Source: Octopus bimaculoides
Taxonomy: Eukaryota
Direction: 5' to 3'
DNA length: 64,000 nt
Assembly: GCF_001194135.2 (NCBI RefSeq)
Contig: NC_068981.1
Coordinates: forward strand, 111,010,798 to 111,074,797
A model generated the notes under the pieces. The model was not told where the DNA came from, made no database searches, and was given only the letters and a program-made list of their open reading frames with translations. Of this stretch, positions 1-12,894 are shown in pieces. Each line of letters begins with the position of its first letter. Position 1 is the first letter of the stretch. The position numbers and the translations under genes are program-made.

Positions 1-18
1 TATATATATATATATTTA

Positions 19-230
19 CATGGGGGTCGCTGAAAAGTTCCTGGCTTTAAGGGCAAAATGCTTGGTTGGAGGCCCAGTCTTCTAAGTTCTTTTACAGGAC
101 TTAGAAAAACTGATGGACTGCTGCAATAAGTGTGTGGATCTGAGAGGGAAAATTGATGAATAAAATCATAATTAACTGATCTTCCTGTATTTTCCTTTCC
201 TCGAAGCCAGGAACTTTTCAGCACTCCTCG
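19..230. mobile_element. Mariner-derived MITE
   Basis: TIRs catgggggtcgctgaaaagttcctggcttt / aagccaggaacttttcagcactcctcg, flanked by TA on both sides. Interior resembles a mariner transposase C-terminus. Second copy at 62654-62869. Confidence 0.75.
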
Positions 231-597
231 TACACACATAGACACACACACACATATGACTTCTTAATTTCAAGCAATGATACTCAGCAAAACACAATAA
301 ATCTACTTCTGTAGCTGACCACATACATTACCTTAGGAAAAAACATACCTTACGATATGACATGGCTCATTATTGACTTGGATCTTCAGTACCACAGTCA
401 AAATGCTCCATGCTGGTTATGTTTGAAAGAAACATGGAGCATTCTTGTCTTATGTTCATAAATTCTTTAAGACCTTTTGATTTTACCATAAATCTAAATG
501 CAGTAAAATGCATTCCTCTGTATAATTCTCTCACACATTACTTTCACTGAAACAGAGTGAAGATGTCACATGAGCTTATTTAATTAAATTAGCATAT

Positions 598-1005
598 TGG
601 TGCAGGCATGGCTGTGTGGTAAGAAGCTTGCTTCTCAACCACATGGTTTTGGGTTCAGTTCCACTGCATGGCACCTTGGGCAAGTGTCTTCTACTATAGC
701 CTGGGGCTAACCAAATCCTTGTGAGTGGATTTGATAGACAGAAACTGAAAGAAGCCCGTCGTATATATATGTGTGTATTTATGTGTGTCTTTGTGTCTGT
801 GTTTGCACCCCCATCATCACTTGACAGCTGAAGTTGGTGTATTTATGTCCCCGAAACTTAGCTGTTCAGCAAAAGGGACCAATAGAATAAGTACTACTAG
901 GCTTACAAAGAATAAGTCCTGGGGTCGATTTCTTTGATCAAAGGTGGTGCTTCAGCATGGCTGCAGTTAAATAATGACTGAATTGTGTAAAACAAAGTAA
1001 AATCA
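598..1005 (+). mobile_element. tRNA-derived SINE (octopus OR-type family; name tentative)
   Basis: Head ggtgcaggcatggctgtgtggtaag...gggttcag, body gcaccttgggcaagtgtcttc, internal (TA/TG)n, tail ccagcatggc...atgactga...gtaaaa. Many related copies in the window. Confidence 0.8.
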
Positions 1006-1603
1006 TTTATCTTATTTTATTCTTCTGTCTTAACTCATCATACAATATTGAATCCCTATAATGACCATTTATCATATTTTCAACTAGTTAAATAAATATA
1101 TTTACTTTATTTAATTTACTTATTCAATCTATTTATTTACTCTACTTAGTTTTATTTTACTTTATTACGTTTTATCTTAATCCATTATACTCCACTTTAT
1201 TCGAATCTGGTGATAACTTAATATTTTATTCACTCCCAGTGAACTTTCAGTACTATTTTTATATTTTATAACTGACGCCATTTTCCACCCTATAGCCTTC
1301 TTCCTTATACTTAGTATAATTCCTTACCCACTACACACCTTGCTGGAATCACTATGTTAAACTGCTTTTGTCTGAAGCCTTTATCTTGTTTACAATCCTG
1401 AAATCCACTTTGGCTCTCTGATAATTCTTACCTACACTGGACATTGCAACTACAATTGGGTTCTTGCCATTGTACACATGGTCTTCACACCTACCACTGA
1501 ACCTCTCCTTCCTTACTTATTTCAGTATTCCTTATTCCTTATGTGTGTGTGTGCGTGCGTGTGTATGTATATATATATATATATGTATATGTATATGTGT
1601 GTG

Positions 1604-1785
1604 TGGAGGCGCAATGGCCCAGTGGTTAGGGCAGCGGACTTGCGGTCGGAGGATCGCGGTTTCGATTCCCAGACCTGGCGTTGTGAGTGTTTATTGAGCG
1701 AAAACACCTAAAGCTCCATGAGGCTCCAGCAGGGGGTGGTGGCGACCCCTGTTGTACTCTTTCATCCCAACTTTCTCTCACTCTT
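1604..1785 (+). mobile_element. Second tRNA-derived SINE family, truncated by a gap
   Basis: A-box TGGCCCAGTGG and B-box GGTTTCGATTCC in a tRNA-like head, followed by a non-tRNA body; no clean cloverleaf. Confidence 0.7.
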
Positions 1786-1998
1786 NNNNNNNNNNNNNNN
1801 NNNNNNNNNNNNNNNNNNNNNNNNNNNNNNNNNNNNNNNNNNNNNNNNNNNNNNNNNNNNNNNNNNNNNNNNNNNNNNNNNNNNNNNNNNNNNNNNNNNN
1901 NNNNNNNNNNNNNNNNNNNNNNNNNNNNNNNNNNNNNNNNNNNNNNNNNNNNNNNNNNNNNNNNNNNNNNNNNNNNNATATATATATATATATACCTA

Positions 1999-3210
1999 TA
2001 TATATAAGAATAAACCATTATACTTGGCATTCATTGATCTAGAGAAAACCTTCAATTGAGTGCTCCACCATGTGATATGGTGGGCTCTGAGGAGGCTAGG
2101 GATAGACAAGTGGCTGGTAAAAGCTGTACAGCCAATGTACAAAGATGCTATCTGTAGGGTGAGAGTTACCACAAGTACAGTGGACAGTTTGGTGTACAGG
2201 TAAGGGTTCATCAAGGCTCATTTTTTAGCCTCCTCCTTTCCATTATTGTCCGCCTGGCCATAACAGAGGAATTCAAGACAGGCAGCCCCTGGGAACTATT
2301 ATATACTGAATATCTTGCCCTCATAGCAGATTCCATATCAGAGATAGACAAGAAATTCCAGGAGTGGAAGCAAAACCTGGAATCTAAGAGCCTTAAGGTT
2401 AACTTAGCAAAGACTAAGGTAAGAAAAAAGAGTAAGAACAGGATAGAGGAAATTCAGAGAGCTTTTACCTCTGTTGGCCATGAAAATTTCTCTCTGCAAG
2501 TGAAAGGAAAATTGCATGATGCATGTATTCAGACAGCCATTCTGCATGGTAGTGGGCTCTGAATGCAGATATCATGCAAAGGTTAGAAAGAAATGAGGGT
2601 AGTATGCTCTGTAGGATGTGTAATATAAGTGTACATGCTTGACCGAGTGTTAGTGTTTTGAGAGAGAAGTTAGGCACAAGAGGAATTAGTTGCTGTATGC
2701 AAGAGAAAAGACTGTGCTGGTTTGGTCATGTGGTGTATATGGATGCTGACAGTTCCATAAATAAGTGCTGGTCTCTCGCAGTAGATGGAACACATAGAAG
2801 TGGAAGACACTGGAAGTCACGAGACGAAGTACTGAAGAAGAACCTCAGGATACTGAACCTTTCAGGAGAGATGACAAAGGACCAAAATACCTGGTACCTT
2901 GCTGTACTCAAGAAGACATGTACTCTGTGGCAAAAGTAAGAGTACTGGTCCCTCAAGTGGTGTAAAACACTCATGGCATTGCCACGTAAAAAGCACCTAT
3001 GCCGTGCCATGTAAAAGTACTTGTGTGGCGCCATGTAAAATCACCCAACCCACTCTGTGAAGTGGTTAGCATTAGGAAGGGCATCCAGTCATACAGACCA
3101 AGCCAAATCAGACTAGTGTCTGGTGCAGCTCCCCAGCTTGCAAGCTCCAGTCAAATCGACCAACTCATGCCAGCATGGCCAACGGACATTAAATGATGAG
3201 GATGATGATG

Positions 3211-3211
<1 letters not shown>
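1999..3211 (+). mobile_element. 5'-truncated RTE-clade LINE (RT C-terminus, 3' UTR, (GAT)n tail)
   Basis: KPLYLAFIDLEK, QGS-like region, RLCWFGHVVYMD, GRxxKxxDEV motifs with stops; ends in atgatgaggatgatgatg. Confidence 0.85.
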
Positions 3212-3250
<39 letters not shown>

Positions 3251-3626
3251 CCTTAAATCCTAAGTTATATATGCCTTCACTATGCCAGCTAGTCTCTATC
3301 TACTCTCATGCATTCATGACTCTATCTGTCTTTTGTACAGTATTGTATTCCTGTTTCTCACAAGCCTCCCATTCATAATCTACTTCACTCTATCCTCAGT
3401 GATGTAGCTGGTAACTACTAATATTCTTTTCTAAGGATATTCCCTAACTCTTCCTCTCTAAAGATAGAATACTTGGATTTTACATAGAGATCTTAGCTCA
3501 ATGAGATATGTACCATATGTACAGCTTTTCTAGAAACAACTTTATGCACAACTTCTTAATCCATTATAAATTACATGTTCTTAAGTGATACCATATGTTT
3601 TGCTTGTTCATTCTTTGTTTCTAATA

Positions 3627-3653
3627 TATATATATGTATGTATGTAATGTATG

Positions 3654-3687
<34 letters not shown>

Positions 3688-3785
3688 TGTATGTATGCAT
3701 GTATGCATGCATGCATGCATGCATGCATGTATGTATGTATGTATGTATGTATGTATGTTCGTTCGTTCGTTTGTTCGTTCGTTCA
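3627..3785. repeat. Compound tetranucleotide microsatellite (ATGT)n-(ATGC)n-(ATGT)n-(GTTC)n
   Basis: Read directly; it explains the spurious MYVC-repeat ORFs. Confidence 0.95.
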
Positions 3786-4096
3786 TCTGTTCTCTCTCTT
3801 TATATTCTCTGTCTGTTTATTTTCTTTTATTCCTTTCTGTTAAAGAGTGTAGGCTCGAAATGTAAAAGACTTTCTCACTTTCCTGAGCATGAAACAGATA
3901 TGCCTGTTTGTTGTCTTTGTCTTTTGTTTTTCTGTTAATTTCAACTATATATATATATATATAAATAAAAAATATATAGTTTTAGGGAAAATAACCAAGT
4001 TTCAAGAACTCATCAATGAAATTTTAATTTTTTATAAATTGATTTTAATTGAGTTTTTACCTGTAATTTTGGATTTTGTCCCTAATATTATTATAA

Positions 4097-4141
<45 letters not shown>

Positions 4142-4421
4142 TCTGGGATGGTTTTTGTTAAGCAGCGTTGATTTTTACAATTCTGTAAATAATAATAGTA
4201 TTTTATAAGCTTAAAACTTGTAAGTGATCACTCTGCAATGACTAAAGAAAATAGTTTACTAATGGGGCATATAAGCCCTCAACAGAAAAAAGTAGGTTTT
4301 CCCATAGATGTGGGACTCGAACCCACATCTCTTTGGTTTTGTGACAAGTGTGCTAGCCATTTACACCAACATACAACCATTATATACATACATGCATACA
4401 TACATACATACATACATATAT

Positions 4422-4457
<36 letters not shown>

Positions 4458-4623
4458 TGTCTGTTTCTAATGCTGGCATGGACTCCATTGTCTGCTTTGG
4501 CTTGGCTTGGGTGTGTGTGTGTGTGTGTGTGTGTGTGTACATAATATTGGTTTGCTGTGGCAGGACATAATAGTTCATTAGAACCTTTATATATATATAT
4601 ATATATATGTAGATATATATATA

Positions 4624-6703
4624 CTAACATAGATACCCAGCGTTGCTCAGGATTAAAATGGCATAGTGTGTATATAATATATTATAGTTATGTTGAAACA
4701 TGTGATATGGGAAAGTGCAGCATTGACAACAAAACATTTGTGGAGTAAATGATGGACTAATTCGACTCAGCAACATGCTATGTGTCTGTTTGGAGTATTT
4801 CAGGCCCTAACCCGNNNNNNNNNNNNNNNNNNNNNNNNNNGGGGGGGGGGGGGGTTATGTGAATTTTGAACGCACCGAAAAACGGTCACTGGATATACTC
4901 TCTTTTGCAGCTGTAGGCGCTGTGTCTAACATGACCCATCATCTGAAATGTTGACACCTCCTTCAGGTTTGTTGTCCTACATCACTCATAAAGTAAATTT
5001 GGAGCAACTGTGGTTATTCATTTGTGGGTAACAGGGAACCTTTGAGGTGATAGACTTGCCCTTGAACTTTGACGGCGTCGTAAATTCATGTTCATCTGTC
5101 TTCTTAGATGCACCAAACAATGTCATTTTCAGAGTTGTATTGTCTGATATTGTTCAGAAAATCCTTTGACTGGGTGGAAATGTCTTCTAGAAGATCCATA
5201 AGAGATTGAGAAGGAGCTGGTAGTGTTGGCAATGTTACCTGACTGGCTGAGCAGCACATACCATTTGTTTCATTTGAAAATTTTAAAGCTCTACAGAAAA
5301 GACAATTTGTGTTTAGCACACCAATTTGGACAGAGTTATTATTTTTATAAGAATTGGAAAGATCATATCTGGAAACAGCTTCAAGAGTTGTGAAGAACAA
5401 ATTTGTGCGTAGTCTGTTTCTGAGAGCTATTCTATTGAAGCTCTGTCTAATCATTAAAACATTGATTTAATGATCCAGCATTGTGCTGCAACATGCATTT
5501 GCTGATCTTGAGAAAATCTCATCTGGCTTCTCTCTTCAGACTCTCGCCTTTGGTTTTCTACAATCCTCCGTGCTTTATACTTGTTTCTGGAGAGATTATG
5601 TCTTTTCTTTAGTGGCATATTTTTCCCAATATTGTTATGAACATAGAAAGAAATTATACATTAATCCCTATTTTTGTTAGCAGTTGTATCCGCCGTAAAA
5701 AATTTATTTGAAGAGAGCAGAAATTGAAAGAAAAGAAAGCGAAAAGAACAGAGAAAGAAAGTGAAAGATGTATGTACGTCTATATGAAATGGGCGTGTGT
5801 GTGTGTGTGCTTGTGTTGCATGCTTGCACGTGTGTGAGAGAGAAAGAGGGTGAGAAAGAGAGATAGAGTGAGTGAGTGAAGTTGTGTGTCATGATGATTG
5901 ATGTCTTTTAAGGTACACACACATATAGAAAATGTGATGTCATCGTATAAAATTTTTACGATAGTTTATTTATGGAAAAGATTATGTTAAATTTCTGAAA
6001 TGAAAATATGTGAATGGAAATTAAGTTTAATTTGTAGCTAAAATGGTACTGAAAAGCTCACATAACAATACAGACATAGTATTGAAATACTGTAAGAGAT
6101 AACAGATTGCTCTGGGCTCGCATTAGGCAAGACGAAAATTTTTTTTGCCCATGACACTGCATGGACCTTGACCTTTGTATTTGATGCCTGTTGCTTTAAG
6201 TATTTTATTTATATTATATATATATATATGTATGTGTAAGCCAATAAGAAAGACCTCTACATCGTAGCTAGACCTGGTAGAAATAGCAGCCAAATCTCCT
6301 TCAAAACACCCAACTGTCTTAAACCGACAATTCTGCCTATTATGTAGTTTGAATGAGAAACTAACTAGAGATCAAGATTATTAACTCCACAGAGAGAGGA
6401 AAGAAGAGAGACAGCATAGCGACGGTTTTGGCTGACTGTCATCCTGTACTCCCCTTGTTGTTGACGAAATGGTATATGCCGGCTGTCTGAGCAACTGGTT
6501 GTTTTAATGGTGGAACAAACAAGACATAAAGGTTACAAAAATGGTGATTCTCACTTTGAAACTAACAATTTTGGAAATCTTTTTAGATTACAGAACGCTC
6601 TGCTCTCTCATGTATCCATGTTTAAAATTTCAGCGATCGGATGAACAATACTCAAATTATAAGCGCACAAACAGACAGACAGAACAGATTTTATATATTA
6701 AGA
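4624..6703 (-). mobile_element. Non-autonomous Helitron, copy A
   Basis: Minus strand starts A|TCTTAATATATAAAA and ends with the hairpin cctgagcaacgctggg plus TTAG|T (degenerate CTAG). It contains a RepHel fragment and shares blocks with 34545-36827. Confidence 0.75.
5125..5335 (-). pseudogene. Helitron RepHel N-terminal fragment
   Basis: IGVLNTNCLFCRALKFSNETNGMCCSASQVTLPTLPAPSQSLMDLL...SKDFLNNIRQYNS matches the CxxC-ALKF-ETxGMCC-GKV-LP...FLxNIRxYNS motif that precedes the Helitron_like_N domain. Confidence 0.85.
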
Positions 6704-6744
6704 TATATTGTTTTATTCTTTTACATGTTTCGGCCATTTGACTC

Positions 6745-8330
6745 AACAAAATTACCCAGTAGATTTTAAAAGGATAGGTATCTCTTTCTTTCAACTGCCA
6801 GATATGCTTAGTGAGACTTGCTGCCATTCTATTTTCAGACTATGGAAATGAATTTTGATGTAAATATAGCCTGGTCTTGAAGGAATTTTCCATGGCACCT
6901 GTATATGTCTTATATGTTTATGAGGCATCTATTTGCACCTTAGCCCTATATACTATTCCTTTCTCCAGAAAATTTTCTCCCAACGGACAGCAACTTTGGT
7001 CTTCACAATTACAATTCTTCTGATTATTTCCAGCACTGGTTATTCCTAATAGTTTTCACATTGTGCTTGTTAATTAAAGAGGCAGAGTTCTTGTAACAAA
7101 AATAGTTAACCTTCAGCATTCTCCTATTAAAAAACCTATGACACTTATAGTTTCCTTGAAAGTGCTTAGAAGCTAGTTACAAGAATTCCCTACCTATATT
7201 AGTTTTTATGGCAATGTTAAATTTCTGATTAAACCACAAGACTTTCCTAGTTCTAGTCCTACATGCTCTATCATTGTTAATTATGCTTTTGCTATACTGG
7301 ATCTTCTTTGAGAATCCACTGTTTCTTAATGCATCATTATAATATGGCATGGCATTTTGAAACACTGTCTTGTCTGAAGATATTGATGATACATGCCTTT
7401 CTATATTGCTAACTAAATTCTTAAGTATTATGGGTGGATCATTAGACTCTTCGTTGATATAATATAGCTTTTCATTATGCTTACGGTAGGGTTTAAATTT
7501 ATGTAATTGTAAATCTAAGTTAATATCTAAAAAGTCTACATTATTTAGGTTAGTTTCTCTCATTATTCATAAGCCCATTCTTTGGAAGAAAGTAATGAGA
7601 TTCTTTCTGAGTCTATCCTAGCTCATGGTTGTTCATATTACAGGTGACTATGAGACTGTAATAAAAGGGAATTCCAGATGCAGGTTGTTTAAAATATATG
7701 CTCCTATAAGCACACATAATTCCGTCCCATCATTTGCGCCCATTGGCACATCAAATAAAGAGTCCTTGCTCTTTTTATGATAGAATCTTCATAAAAGGGG
7801 GTGAATTTCCTGGCATGCAGGATAATATCTATATCTGAACTGTTGAAGGTGACATTGCTTGGTGAAATTTTATGCTTTAAGAAGTAGAGGCCTGGATATT
7901 GATGGGTAAAAGTCAACAATATCAAACTGCGTAAATTTGCAGTTACTTTTATGGGTAATGCCCTTGAACCAATCTATAATGGACTTACTATTATCCCAAA
8001 TCCATAAATCTAATTCCCTGTTTAACTTGTAAGTGTCTGTAAAGAAGTCGTTTGTAAAGATCTTTTTTAACTGCATGCAGGTTTTTTGTTTTGTCAGAGT
8101 TCACGAAAATCTTATCTGAATTCTTTATGTTTCTAATTTTTTCGTTCATAGTTCTCTGGAGCAAATTGCTGATTTTACAGAATTTTATCCTTCTAATGAG
8201 TTTGAAGAGGTCTTTTCCAAAAGCTTCTAATTCTAAAATAGGGCTTTTAGGAGAATTGAGTCCATACTTGGTTATATTGATGGATACACATTTGAACTTG
8301 ATTGGTCATTTCAACTACTGGTTTTTCAAA
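6745..8330 (-). mobile_element. Decayed Penelope-like element (RT plus C-terminal GIY-YIG; Hydra-clade-like)
   Basis: FTQFDIVDFYPSIS, FLDINLDL, KPYRK...YIN..SNDPP, RKVLWFN. After frameshifts: NCNCEDQSCCPLGE...GIVYRAKV...YTG...SFKTR...SLTKHIWQLK. Confidence 0.8.
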
Positions 8331-8461
8331 GGCAGTGATTATAAATAATGGAATAACAATAAAAATAAAATTAAAATAGGAAGCATAGATACCTTATTGT
8401 ATAAATTGAAATTTCTAGGTTAAAAAGAAATCATACATGTCCAGAATAAATTAATTAATGC

Positions 8462-8820
8462 TAAATAATAATTAATTAATATAAATGTAAGTCTGTTTTT
8501 AAAAAATTAACCCTTGGATTTGAGAAAGCTCATAGATATCGATAAAAACAGTGATGGGTTTCTTTTTATATAAGCATCTCATACACGCACATATATATAA
8601 AAATACATGTATAAAAAAACTATATACTTATATATATGAAATACATGTGCATATATTCACATAAATACATAAACACATGCTTATACATAAATATACATAT
8701 ACCTACATATAACCAAAAATACACAGATACTGTTTTTATCAATATCTACAAGCTTTCCCAAATCCAAGGGCTAATTTTTTAAAAACAGGCTTGCATCTAT
8801 ATTAATCAATTACTTATTTA
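8462..8820. mobile_element. MITE with ~90-bp terminal inverted repeats
   Basis: 8462-8552 is the near reverse complement of 8729-8820 (gtttttaaaaaattaacccttggatttgagaaagct / agctttcccaaatccaagggctaattttttaaaaac); the interior is TA/CA-rich. Confidence 0.75.
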
Positions 8821-9024
8821 CCATTAATTAATTTACTCTGGACATTTCGATTTTATACAACATGATATCTATGCCTTTCATTTTTATATATACAAGAATA
8901 TATACACAGGTATATATACAAAAAGACAGATGCAATATATATACATATATGTACAAACACGCATTCACATACAGAACACATACATACTCGTATATACATA
9001 TATATGCACATATACACATATATG

Positions 9025-9320
9025 TATGTATATCATCAGCATCATCATCATCATCATCGTTTAACGTCCACTTTCCATGCTAGCATGGGTTGGACGATTT
9101 GACTGAGGACTGGTGAAACCAGACGGCTACACCAGTCTCCAATCTGATTTGGCAGAGTTTCTACAGCTGGATGCCCTTCCTAACGCCAACCACTCAGAGA
9201 GTGTAGTGGGTGCTTTTACGTGTCACCTGCACGAAGGCCAGTCAAGCAGTACTGGCAACGGCCACGCTCCACCCGCACAAGAGCCATTCCAGGGGCACTG
9301 GCAACGATCTCGCTCGAAAA
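9025..9320 (-). mobile_element. RTE LINE 3' UTR fragment
   Basis: (CAT)n-cgtttaacgtcc...ctacagctggatgcccttcctaacgccaacc, matching the 3' end of 25846-27530. Similar fragments near 17715-17900, 39668-39795, 50220-50430 (+) and 61297-61530. Confidence 0.85.
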
Positions 9321-9730
9321 ACCCACATAAAAACATTCAATTACAGATATCTATATGCATAAAGACATAGACACATGTATATATATGCACATATACACAT
9401 ATATATATGTATATATGTAATATATATATCTACACATATATATACATACCCATAAACATACAAACCCACATAAAAACATTCAATTACAGTTATTGATATG
9501 CATAAAGACATAGACACATGTTATTTACATATACACATATGCATGCATGCATCAATATATACCTGTGCACAGTACAATGAAACATATACATACATATATA
9601 CACAAACACTTACAAAAGCTGATACACACATAGATACATATATACATACATACATACATACATACATGGCAAGAAATCTTGAAGTAAAACTGAACAATGA
9701 TATACATATACAGGCAAACATATGCATATA

Positions 9731-9918
9731 CTAGCAGAGATACCCAGCCTTGCTCGGGATTAAAATGGCATAGTTTTTTTTATTGTTTTACTTGTTTCAG
9801 TCATGCAACTGCAGCCATGCTGTAGCACCACCGTTGGGGCTGAAATCTGCTCTGCGGCATCCGAAACTCTGAGTTTTATCATTACAGCCAATTAATTGTC
9901 ACATGTTATATTTATAGA
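9731..9918 (-). mobile_element. Mini-Helitron (~190 bp)
   Basis: Minus strand starts A|TCTATAAATATAACATGT and ends cccgagcaaggctggg-tatctctgCTAG|T. The 3' end is nearly identical to copy A and the 5' end resembles copy B. Confidence 0.7.
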
Positions 9919-9949
9919 TAAATTTGTCTATTTTACATAATACTTTTTA

Positions 9950-10190
9950 TTCTCTTTTACTTGTTTCAGTCATTTGACTGCGGCCATGCTGGAGCACCGC
10001 CTTTAGTTGAGAAAATCGACCTCAGGACTTATTCTTTGGATGCCTAGTACTTATTCTATCGGTCTCTTTTGCTGAACCGCTAAGTTACGGGGACGTAAAC
10101 ACACCACCATCGGTTGTCAAGCAATGTTGGTGGGGGGACAAACACAGACACACAAACACATACATACATACATACATACATATATAAGGT
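9950..10190 (-). mobile_element. SINE 3' half
   Basis: Reverse complement of the 598-1005 family body and tail. Further minus copies near 24680-24915, 33960-34300 and 50965-51350; plus copy at 44332-44836. Confidence 0.8.
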
Positions 10191-10229
10191 AGTAAATAAA
10201 AATATACCTAAGAAGGCAAATATGGAAAC

Positions 10230-11561
10230 CTAAGAGATAATGGAAAAATACAACCTGACAGATAGAATGCAACCGTTGGTACCAAAAGAACCGAGATTCA
10301 TTCTTAAAGATCATAAAGTGAATTTTTGGACACAACCATCTTTAAGGCTTATATGCCCAACAAAATCAGACATAGGAATATTAAGTAAAAATATTATCAA
10401 TAAGTACATAACTACAATAATAGTTTAGTTGAAGTTAAAATTATGGTCAAGTACAGACCAAGTAATCAGATGGTTTAATTCTATTGAGGACAAAAAAAAA
10501 AAAAGATTCATTCAATTTGATATAGCTAATTTTTATGGATCCATTAACCCAATCATATTAAATAAGGCAATGTGGTTTTTCCATAAGAAGGCTGGACTTA
10601 CTAGAGAAAAATTTTAAGTGATAACAGCTGCTAGAAAGTCTTTTATTAGTTTTAATGATAAAGTGTGGATAAGGAAGGATACACCAGATGCTTTCGATGT
10701 CCCCATGGGAAGGTCTGACTCAGCACAAATAGCTGATATGGTGGGTTCCTTTATTCTTTATGAATTAAATGATCAATTCCCTATGATTAGGCGGGGTTCT
10801 ATATAGAGATGACTGCCTTATATATATTAGGAATAGCTCCAACCAGGAACTGCAGAGGATTAAGGGTAGACTGGCTAGATTTTTTTTGTAGAATGGGGAT
10901 GAGCATCGTTTATGAAGACGATACTTCTGTAGCCAATTTTTTAGATGTAACATTAGATATTAAAAATGAGACATATAGACCAAATCATAAACCTTTAACT
11001 AACCTAAAGTATATAAATAAATCGAGTAACCATCCTAGAGCTATTATTGATAATTTAGTTTAAAATATTTCATTAAGACTCTCCAGATTATCTGCTAATA
11101 ATAAGATTTTTAATAATGAAGCTCAATTCTATAATTCGGCATTACATAGGGCAGGTTACAAAGAGAAGGCAACAACATTAAGACAGATAACAATAATAGG
11201 CATAAGAATAAACTCAATGGAAATAAGGAAAATAAACCCAAGAATTTCCATAAACATAACATAGGTAATTTAAATTTTTTTAAGAATGATATTGGTAATT
11301 CTGATAATAATAAAGATGATAATGTTTGGTTCATAATCCTGTTTGGGAGGAATATTAAAAGTAACTTGATTGCAAAATTTAGAGAGGTGATATGCAGACA
11401 TTTCCCAAAGAATTCACACTATGGTAAAATTATTAATACACATATCATTAGATTTGGGTTTTCAAATACTATGAATTTAGCACAAATAATTGCAGCCCAT
11501 AATTTTAAAATACTAAAATCTAAAGAAATAGGGGTGGATAGTGATATGAACCATGATATAA

Positions 11562-11618
<57 letters not shown>

Positions 11619-12100
11619 GCGGTATTGATAATAGTGATAATGTTAGTAATAAGCGGAATTTGATTACAGTAACAGAGGTCAACCCTAGAAGATTGAAATT
11701 TGAAGGCCCTAATGCGAGAGTTAGAAATTTAGTTTATCAATGTAAGGTAAGGACTCAAACAGATGCTAGGCGATACCTGGGGTGTACTTCGGGACAAATA
11801 TGTAAAAGAATATCTAATCATTATAGTACCTTTAGAGATAGAAGGAAAATAGCAAGTACTAGCCTTAGTAAATTCATCTGGGAACTCAAAGAACTAAAAA
11901 AGCCATATTCGTTAGAATGGTCGATTATCGCGAAATCTTTTCCATACGATAAGGGTAAGAAATACTGTTCGCTATGTACCTTAGAACTTTATTACATATT
12001 ATTCTCTAAGGGTAAGTTGATAAATAAACTAACAAATAATGCTCTAAAATGTACACATATTTTAAGACACACTTTTCGTTGGTTTAAATAAAATTGAAAT
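10230..12100 (+). mobile_element. Decayed Penelope-like element (RT plus C-terminal GIY-YIG; Hydra-clade-like)
   Basis: LKDHKVNF...LRLICPTKSDIG, FIQFDIANFY, FDVPMGRSDSAQ, (Y>stop)RDD, FLDVTLD, SNHP. Endonuclease NLVYQCKV...RYLGCT...NH...SLSKFIWELK...YSLEWSII...CSLCTLE. Several stops and frameshifts. Confidence 0.85.
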
Positions 12101-12154
12101 ATGACAGGGTATTATAATGCATTATACCGTAGTAGTTAGTCCATAGACAGGTCA

Positions 12155-12545
12155 TACTAATATAATTTACCAATAGCAGCAGGGATTTTGTAAAATCCTC
12201 TAAAGATAATATAGTATAGATTCCCATGGTAGTTGAAGATTAGCTATAATTTATAGTAAATTACAATGTAAGTTTAGGTCTTAAGGTAGGCCACATTAGT
12301 ATATAATTTACCAATAGCAGCTGTGGGCTTTACTATAACATCTAGTGACAATTGAGGATTGAGTTCCATTATAATAGAGAATTGACTATAATTTATAGTA
12401 CATTGTAATAACCAATTTAGGGGTATTATTGATAATTTAGTTAAAAATATTTCATTAAGACTCTCCAGATTATCTGCTAATAATAGGATTTTTAATAATG
12501 GAGCTCAATTCTATATTTCGGCATTAAATTGGGCAATTTATAAAG
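12155..12545 (+). repeat. Two ~140-bp degenerate tandem units plus a ~125-bp re-copy of PLE coding sequence
   Basis: tataatttaccaatagcagc at ~12161 and ~12302; 12424-12548 repeats ~11042-11165. Confidence 0.8.
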
Positions 12546-12576
12546 AGAATGTTTACTATATTGAAACTGATTGTAG

Positions 12577-12619
<43 letters not shown>

Positions 12620-12859
12620 TATAATATTGGATATTAAGGCAGGCCATATTAAAATATTAAAGTTACAATTTAGTATGGATTCAATTATAATGGAGAGTTA
12701 TTTATGTGCTTTATACAGAAATGTTAACATTGGATTAAATAACATAAATAACATTGATATGGATATTGGCATCAAATATTTTTCAAACTAAGGGCATGTG
12801 TAAAATTTGAATGAAACCGGTTGGGTAGTTCTCGAGTTTTAGTGATGCACACACACTCA

Positions 12860-12894
<35 letters not shown>

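Noticed and set aside
1604-1680. Possible tRNA gene
   Set aside because: The anticodon and acceptor stems do not pair, and it continues into a SINE body. The degenerate tRNA-like head at ~4270-4380 (-) is rejected for the same reason.
3571-4630. Numerous ORFs with MYVC, HTHT, YIYI, poly-H or poly-X content here and throughout the track
   Set aside because: They are translations of microsatellites or N-gaps, not genes.
9098-9125. CTGAGGA-ctggt-GAAAC in the RTE 3' UTR fragments, resembling a hammerhead core
   Set aside because: Only 5 nt lie between the core halves, with no G-C closed stem II and no matching stem I or NUH.
10240-10806. In-frame stops in the PLE RT as possible selenocysteine recoding (as in Naiad PLEs); the stops at 10428, 10617 and 10806 are exactly 189 nt apart
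   Set aside because: The stops are TAG/TAA, not TGA, the endonuclease is C-terminal, and frameshifts follow. No 189-nt sequence repeat is visible, so the spacing is treated as coincidence.
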